NCBI GenBank assembly: GCA_905181635.1
Contig: CAJIYM010000005.1
Coordinates: 13,568-77,567 of the forward strand
Direction: 5' to 3'
Source: an uncultured Flavobacteriales bacterium
GTDB lineage: Bacteria > Bacteroidota > Bacteroidia > Flavobacteriales > BACL11
Length of the DNA: 64,000 nucleotides
The notes under the pieces are model-generated. The model worked only from the letters and a program-made list of their open reading frames with translations. It was not told where the DNA came from and searched no databases. Below, one piece after another: positions 58,997 through 64,000 of the stretch. The position numbers and the translations under genes are program-made. Within the stretch, counting starts at the first letter, position 1, and every line of letters starts with the position of its first letter.

Positions 58997-59431
58997 CTAG
59001 TTGTCACTAATATTCCATTCAGCAAAAGAAGTAGCTGTTTCAGATAAAACTACTTTGCATAAAGAAATATTTTCTGGTAATCTAGACTTAATGTGATTTG
59101 CAAAATCTAAGACTAGGTTTTCTGAAGTAGGCTGGTAAGGCAATAAAAAAACTTTTTCAAAAGCTGAAAAATCAATCTTTGAATGAGGAGAATTTGCGTT
59201 TAACACCAAGGCATGATCATATTTATCCACAATTTCAGGCTTTATGATTTCTTTTAAAACCCCAAAATCCATTACCATTCCATCCTTAGTGTGTCCTTTT
59301 TCATTTTTAACTTCCCCCTTTACAGTTACCCAAAGGCGATATGAATGTCCGTGAATATTTTTACACAAACCATCATAAGCATGTAAAGCATGTGCCATCT
59401 CAAACTTAAATTCTTTAGTAATTCTAATCAT
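58997..59431 (-). CDS. queD: 6-carboxy-5,6,7,8-tetrahydropterin synthase
   Basis: 144 aa with ...FKFEMAHAL...C.NIHGHSY... motifs. Confidence 0.9.
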   Translation of the reverse strand: MIRITKEFKFEMAHALHAYDGLCKNIHGHSYRLWVTVKGEVKNEKGHTKDGMVMDFGVLKEIIKPEIVDKYDHALVLNANSPHSKIDFSAFEKVFLLPYQPTSENLVLDFANHIKSRLPENISLCKVVLSETATSFAEWNISDN

Positions 59432-60474
59432 GTTTTTTTATTTAAATTTACTCGTTTATGACTATAATATATGTTTTTATTATTCGTCCCTTTACGCAAT
59501 TTCTTTTGCTCATTTAAAGGTAAATTAACTATTTCAATACATTCAACTGAACAGCAGTTTTCATATTTCTCTTTACAAGAATCACATTGCAAAAATAATA
59601 AATTACAATTTACATTTCTACAATTTACATGAGTATCAAATGGTTCTCCACATTGATGACAGTTACTAATTACATCCTCTGAAATGCGCTCCCCTCTTCT
59701 TTCGTCAAATACAAAGTTCTTCCCAACAAAGTTATTATTTAAAGTCACATCTTGATCCAATTGTCTTGCGTAATCAATAATACCTCCATGCAACTGATTT
59801 ACATCTTTAAAGCCATGATGTTTTAAATAGGCAGATGTTTTTTCACATCTTATTCCTCCTGTACAATACAGTAGAATTTGTTTATCTTCCTTGCCTTCTA
59901 ACATCTTTTTTACTTCCGGGAGTTCCTCTTTAAAAGTTTCAACATCTGGACAGATAGCTCCTTTAAAATTTCCTATTTCACTTTCGTAATGATTACGCAT
60001 ATCAACTACTGTGGCTCCTTTTTCTAAAGCTTTATTCCATGATTTTGCATCAAGATGATTCCCAACATTAGTTACGTCGTACTCGTTTAAAGGCAATCCG
60101 TCAGATACAATTTGCTTGCGAACTTTAATAGTTAATTTAAAAAATGAATTACCATCATCTTCCACTGCATTTTTAAAAGCAATATCTTTAAACAATGGAT
60201 TTGCATGCACCAACCCAACAAATTCTTTAAAGTTAAATTCAGGGACACTTAACTGGGCATTGACACCTTCACACGCCAAATATATTCTACCCAAAACACC
60301 TAACTTTTCCCAAGATTCATATAATTCATCTCTAAGCTCATAAGGAGAATCAATAATTACATATCGATAAAAAGAAACTGTCTTTCTTTTAAAACCTTCT
60401 TGATCTAATAATTTCAAGCCTTGTTGCTTACTTAGCTTATTAAACATATTTTTTTTACCAGTATTCGGATCCAT
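59428..60474 (-). CDS. trhO: rhodanese-related sulfurtransferase / tRNA uridine(34) hydroxylase (UPF0176, TrhO-like)
   Basis: Rhodanese loop LYCTGGIRCEK and a Cys-rich C-terminal region. The stop forms an ATGA overlap with the queD start. The start could be the internal Met 9 codons downstream. Confidence 0.82.
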   Translation of the reverse strand: MDPNTGKKNMFNKLSKQQGLKLLDQEGFKRKTVSFYRYVIIDSPYELRDELYESWEKLGVLGRIYLACEGVNAQLSVPEFNFKEFVGLVHANPLFKDIAFKNAVEDDGNSFFKLTIKVRKQIVSDGLPLNEYDVTNVGNHLDAKSWNKALEKGATVVDMRNHYESEIGNFKGAICPDVETFKEELPEVKKMLEGKEDKQILLYCTGGIRCEKTSAYLKHHGFKDVNQLHGGIIDYARQLDQDVTLNNNFVGKNFVFDERRGERISEDVISNCHQCGEPFDTHVNCRNVNCNLLFLQCDSCKEKYENCCSVECIEIVNLPLNEQKKLRKGTNNKNIYYSHKRVNLNKKT

Positions 60475-60496
60475 AAATTATCAACAAATTATAATG

Positions 60497-60504
60497 CAAA
60501 GATA
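60497..60504 (-). promoter_or_regulatory. Bacteroidota -7 promoter box TATCTTTG, 22 nt upstream of trhO
   Basis: Exact TAnnTTTG match on the - strand. Confidence 0.45.
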
Positions 60505-60562
60505 CAAAATTCTCAATTTTTATTGTAATTAAAATTATCCCTGAATAAATAATGTATAATGT

Positions 60563-60570
60563 TATATTTG
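60563..60570 (+). promoter_or_regulatory. Bacteroidota -7 promoter box TATATTTG, 17 nt upstream of tdh
   Basis: Exact TAnnTTTG match. Confidence 0.45.
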
Positions 60571-60587
60571 TCGAAATTAAATAACAG

Positions 60588-61547
60588 ATGAAAGAAAGGA
60601 TATTAATAATAGGTTCTTCAGGTCAAATTGGCACCGAATTGGTCATAGAACTAAGAAATATTCATGGAAATGACAATGTTATTGCTTCTGATATTCGTCC
60701 TTCTTCAATTGAGGTAATGGAATCAGGTCCATTTGAAAAATTAGACATAATGGACGAAAAATTATTGCGAAATATTGTAAAAAAATATAGAATTACACAA
60801 GTCTACCTGCTAGCAGCTTTACTTTCAGCAAATGCCGAAAAAAATATAGAATTAGGCTGGAGTTTAAACATGCGATCACATTCTCATGTACTGGATCTAG
60901 CAAAAGACGGGCTAATAAAAAAGGTTTTCTGGCCTTCTTCTATTGCAGTTTTCGGACCAACAACACCAATGGAAAATACTCCACAATACACTGTAATGGA
61001 ACCCAATACTGTTTACGGAATTACTAAGCAAGCGGGTGAAAGATGGAATGAATACTATTTCAATAAATTTGGAGTGGATGTAAGGAGTATTCGTTACCCT
61101 GGTCTTATTGGATGGAAAGCAGCTCCAGGAGGTGGAACTACCGACTATGCGGTAGATATTTTTCATCAAGCTATTCAGCATAAAAAATATGAAAGTTTCT
61201 TATCAGAAAATACAGCACTACCAATGATGTATATGACAGACGCAATTCGTGCAACTGTTGATTTAATGGAAGCTCCAGCCGAACAAGTAAAAATACGTTC
61301 TTCTTATAATTTAGCAGGAGTAACTTTCACCCCAAAACAGATTGCAGATGAAATAAAAAAACATATTCCTGATTTTGAAATAAACTACAATCCTGATTTC
61401 AGACAAGCAATTGCAGATTCTTGGCCTTCATCAATTGATGATAGTTATGCTAAAAAAGATTGGGGATGGGAATTGAAATATGATTTAGAAAAAATAACTT
61501 CCATCATGATGAAAAACTTGAAGGAACAATATAAAATCAAATTATAA
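60588..61547 (+). CDS. tdh: L-threonine 3-dehydrogenase (short-chain, NAD-dependent epimerase/dehydratase family)
   Basis: 319 aa with the [12 protein letters not shown] Rossmann motif and YGITKQAGE (YxxxK). Resembles the UDP-galactose-epimerase-like TDH type. Confidence 0.8.
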   Translation: MKERILIIGSSGQIGTELVIELRNIHGNDNVIASDIRPSSIEVMESGPFEKLDIMDEKLLRNIVKKYRITQVYLLAALLSANAEKNIELGWSLNMRSHSHVLDLAKDGLIKKVFWPSSIAVFGPTTPMENTPQYTVMEPNTVYGITKQAGERWNEYYFNKFGVDVRSIRYPGLIGWKAAPGGGTTDYAVDIFHQAIQHKKYESFLSENTALPMMYMTDAIRATVDLMEAPAEQVKIRSSYNLAGVTFTPKQIADEIKKHIPDFEINYNPDFRQAIADSWPSSIDDSYAKKDWGWELKYDLEKITSIMMKNLKEQYKIKL

Positions 61548-63013
61548 TGAGTAAAAAAATTCAAATATATAACACACTTACAAGACAGAAAGAAGTTTTT
61601 AAATCTATAGTAAAAAATCATGTAGGAATGTATGTTTGTGGACCTACCGTATATGGAGACCCCCATCTTGGGCATGCTAGACCAGGAATTACTTTTGATG
61701 TAGTGTTTCGTTACCTAAAACATTCGAATTATACAGTAAGGTATGTACGTAACATAACAGATGCAGGGCATTTAGAGAATGACTCGGATGAAGGGGAAGA
61801 TAAAATTGCAAAAAAAGCTCGCTTAGAACAATTGGAACCTATGGAAATTGTTCAATTTTATACTATCAGCTATCACAAGGCAATGGCATCATTGAATTGT
61901 TTACCCCCATCAATAGAACCAAGAGCAACAGGACATATAATTGAACAAATTAAAATGGTAGAGAAAATTCTTGAAAACGGATTTGCTTATACAATAAATG
62001 GATCAGTATACTTAGATGTGAATAAATATAATGAAAAATATCCTTATGGGTCTTTATCAGGAAGAAATATAGAAGATGCTTTAGAAGGAACTAGAGCTTT
62101 AGATAGGCAATCTGAAAAGAAAAGTTCAGTAGATTTCGCTATTTGGAAGAAAGCAAATCCTGAACATATTATGAGATGGCCTTCGCCTTGGGGTAACGGT
62201 TTTCCTGGATGGCACATGGAATGTTCTGCAATGAGTGAGAAATACTTAGGGAAAAAATTTGATATTCACGGAGGTGGAATGGACTTGGTATTTCCTCATC
62301 ATGAAGCTGAAATAGCACAAGGCAATGCATGCAACGATTGTAACCCTGTAAATTATTGGATGCACAATAATATGATTACTGTAGATGGGAAAAAGATGGG
62401 GAAATCTCTTGGAAACTTTATTAATTTAGAAGAATTTTTCAATGGAAGTCATGATAAATTAGAAAAAGCATATACTCCAATGACCATTCGTTTTTTCATT
62501 TTACAGGCCCACTATAGAAGCACAGTAGATTTTAGCAATGAAGCATTGCAAGCTGCAGAAAAAGGATTTACAAAGCTTATGAATGCAATGGAAACTTTAG
62601 GTAATATTTTAGCTTCAGACATATCAACTTATGACGTAAATACTTTGCAAGAGAATTGTTATGCAGCAATGAATGATGATTTTAATACACCAATTTTAAT
62701 AGCTCACCTGTTTGATGGCGTAAGAATTATCAATTCTATAAAAGATGGAAAAGAAAGTTTGAACGCTTCTGATTTAGAGCAATTAAAAAAAATATTTAAC
62801 ACCTTTTTTACTGAGATTTTAGGGTTTATCTCCAATAAAGGAAGTAGTGGGAACGATCTCACGAACGAGGTGATGGAATTGGTATTGCAACTAAGAGGAA
62901 ATGCTAAAAAATCAAAAGATTTTGATACTGCAGACTTAATTAGAAATGAGTTAGATAAAGTAGGTGTCCAAATAAAAGATGGAAGAGAAGGCAGTAGTTG
63001 GGAGTTAAAATAA
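61547..63013 (+). CDS. cysS: cysteine--tRNA ligase
   Basis: 488 aa with the HLGHAR (HIGH) and KMGKS (KMSKS) motifs. The start forms a TAATG overlap with tdh. Confidence 0.96.
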   Translation: MSKKIQIYNTLTRQKEVFKSIVKNHVGMYVCGPTVYGDPHLGHARPGITFDVVFRYLKHSNYTVRYVRNITDAGHLENDSDEGEDKIAKKARLEQLEPMEIVQFYTISYHKAMASLNCLPPSIEPRATGHIIEQIKMVEKILENGFAYTINGSVYLDVNKYNEKYPYGSLSGRNIEDALEGTRALDRQSEKKSSVDFAIWKKANPEHIMRWPSPWGNGFPGWHMECSAMSEKYLGKKFDIHGGGMDLVFPHHEAEIAQGNACNDCNPVNYWMHNNMITVDGKKMGKSLGNFINLEEFFNGSHDKLEKAYTPMTIRFFILQAHYRSTVDFSNEALQAAEKGFTKLMNAMETLGNILASDISTYDVNTLQENCYAAMNDDFNTPILIAHLFDGVRIINSIKDGKESLNASDLEQLKKIFNTFFTEILGFISNKGSSGNDLTNEVMELVLQLRGNAKKSKDFDTADLIRNELDKVGVQIKDGREGSSWELK

Positions 63014-63034
63014 TGGGTAATTGTTAGAAAAAAA

Positions 63035-64000
63035 ATGAGCACACAGAAAATAAAATATATGGCATATCGTACTCTAATAATCATAACTACTTTATTAATT
63101 ATTGGATGCTCCTCAGAACCTAAGCAAAAAAATAAACTTGTTTCAAAACCAAAAGTAAAAATTGAAGTCCCTACTTTTAATGCAGATTCTGCTTATGGGT
63201 TTGTAGCGAAACAAGTTAGTTTTGGCCCTAGGGTAATATCCAGCAAAGGATGGAGGGACTGTGCCATTTGGTTAGAAAAAAAATTAAAAACCTACACCCC
63301 ATCAGTAATCGTACAAGAAGCTTCAATCACAACATATGATGGAAAACATCACACTCTAAAAAATATCATAGCTAGCTTTTCTAATGAAAAAAATAATAGA
63401 GTAGCTCTTTTTGCGCATTGGGATAGCAGGCACATTGCCGACCATGATACTGAAAACCAAAACAAGCCAATACTCGGCGCAAATGATGGAGGGAGTGGCG
63501 TTGGCGTTTTAATAGAAATAGCTAGACAATTCAATATTAAAAACCCTAAAATAGGAGTAGATATTATCCTTTTTGATGCAGAAGATTATGGTCAACCTGA
63601 AAATTCTAGCTTTCCAATTATGCAAGATTCTTGGTGCTTAGGTTCGCAATACTGGAGTAAAAATCCGCACAAAGCAAACTACTTTGCTCAATATGGAATT
63701 TTGTTAGATATGGTAGGAGCAAAAAATGCAACTTTTAGGCACGAGCAGATTTCTTCTTATTATGGATCAAATATCTTACAGAAAGTGTGGCGAAAGGCAA
63801 GTCGATTAGGCTTTGGAAGTTATTTTGTATTTGAAAATGCAAATCAAATATTGGATGATCATTATTATGTAAATACAATCACAGGCATTCCAACAATTGA
63901 TATTATTGAGTACGATCCTGCAACAGAAAACAACTTTAATCAACATTGGCATACTCACAAAGATGATATGGATAATATTGACAAAAATACCTTAAATGCA
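63035..64000 (+). CDS. M28-family peptidase / glutaminyl-cyclase-like lipoprotein (5' partial, runs off the window)
   Basis: My own translation from the ATG at 63035 gives MSTQKIKYMAYRTLIIITTLLIIGCSS... (lipobox), then ...FAHWDSRH...GANDGGSGVGVL...FDAEDYG...HWHTHKDD. The frame stays open to the window end, so it is absent from the ORF track. Confidence 0.8.
   Translation, partial: MSTQKIKYMAYRTLIIITTLLIIGCSSEPKQKNKLVSKPKVKIEVPTFNADSAYGFVAKQVSFGPRVISSKGWRDCAIWLEKKLKTYTPSVIVQEASITTYDGKHHTLKNIIASFSNEKNNRVALFAHWDSRHIADHDTENQNKPILGANDGGSGVGVLIEIARQFNIKNPKIGVDIILFDAEDYGQPENSSFPIMQDSWCLGSQYWSKNPHKANYFAQYGILLDMVGAKNATFRHEQISSYYGSNILQKVWRKASRLGFGSYFVFENANQILDDHYYVNTITGIPTIDIIEYDPATENNFNQHWHTHKDDMDNIDKNTLNA

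Noticed and set aside
1-64000. I looked for rRNA, tRNA, CRISPR arrays, IS elements or transposases, integrases, phage genes, toxin-antitoxin pairs and known defence systems.
   Set aside because: No regularly spaced direct repeats, cloverleaf-like GC-rich segments or recombinase/transposase-like ORFs were seen. All intergenic gaps are 262 bp or shorter, and all large ORFs have housekeeping or envelope identities.

Overview
This is a 64-kb AT-rich chromosomal segment that reads as core genome of a Bacteroidota (Flavobacteriia-like) bacterium. The evidence for that placement is a giant SprB-repeat protein with a type IX secretion (T9SS) C-terminal domain followed by a PorP/SprF gene, recurrent TAnnTTTG (-7) promoter boxes, and typical neighbourhoods: glmS / DUF4270 / short GlgA-like gene divergent from panC, exbB-exbD-exbD, and an aa3-type cytochrome oxidase set with Sco, CyoE and DUF420. 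About 65 protein-coding genes are supported, and almost all are housekeeping. They cover translation and tRNA charging (trpS, metG, aspS, cysS, gatC), RNA modification and ribosome function (dusB, tadA, queD, trhO, rbfA, hflX, an RluB-like protein), tyrosine catabolism (hppD, hmgA, FAH-family), redox defence (bcp, sodA, msrB-msrA, bacilliredoxin), DNA repair (radA) and envelope functions. I found no rRNA, tRNA, CRISPR array, transposase, integrase or phage genes, and no convincing new multi-gene system. Six things merit a second look. (1) There are six or seven frame disruptions, mostly at short homopolymers, hitting metG (two compensating shifts), an MsbA-like ABC transporter (two shifts), an LD-carboxypeptidase, possibly the cyoE start, and the stop codon that should separate an RfaE2-like gene from radA. 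Together these look like assembly indels rather than biology, but the radA fusion should be verified. (2) An RluB/RsuA-like pseudouridine synthase has Asn in place of the catalytic Asp. (3) The 1623-aa SprB-repeat adhesin is tightly coupled to PorP/SprF. (4) A promoter-box plus terminator pair in the largest intergenic gap could be a small RNA. (5) Several genes have the -7 box only 4-6 nt from the ATG, implying leaderless mRNAs. (6) A small CxxC membrane protein is coupled to Sco. All family calls come from motif recognition by eye. No database search or alignment was run.
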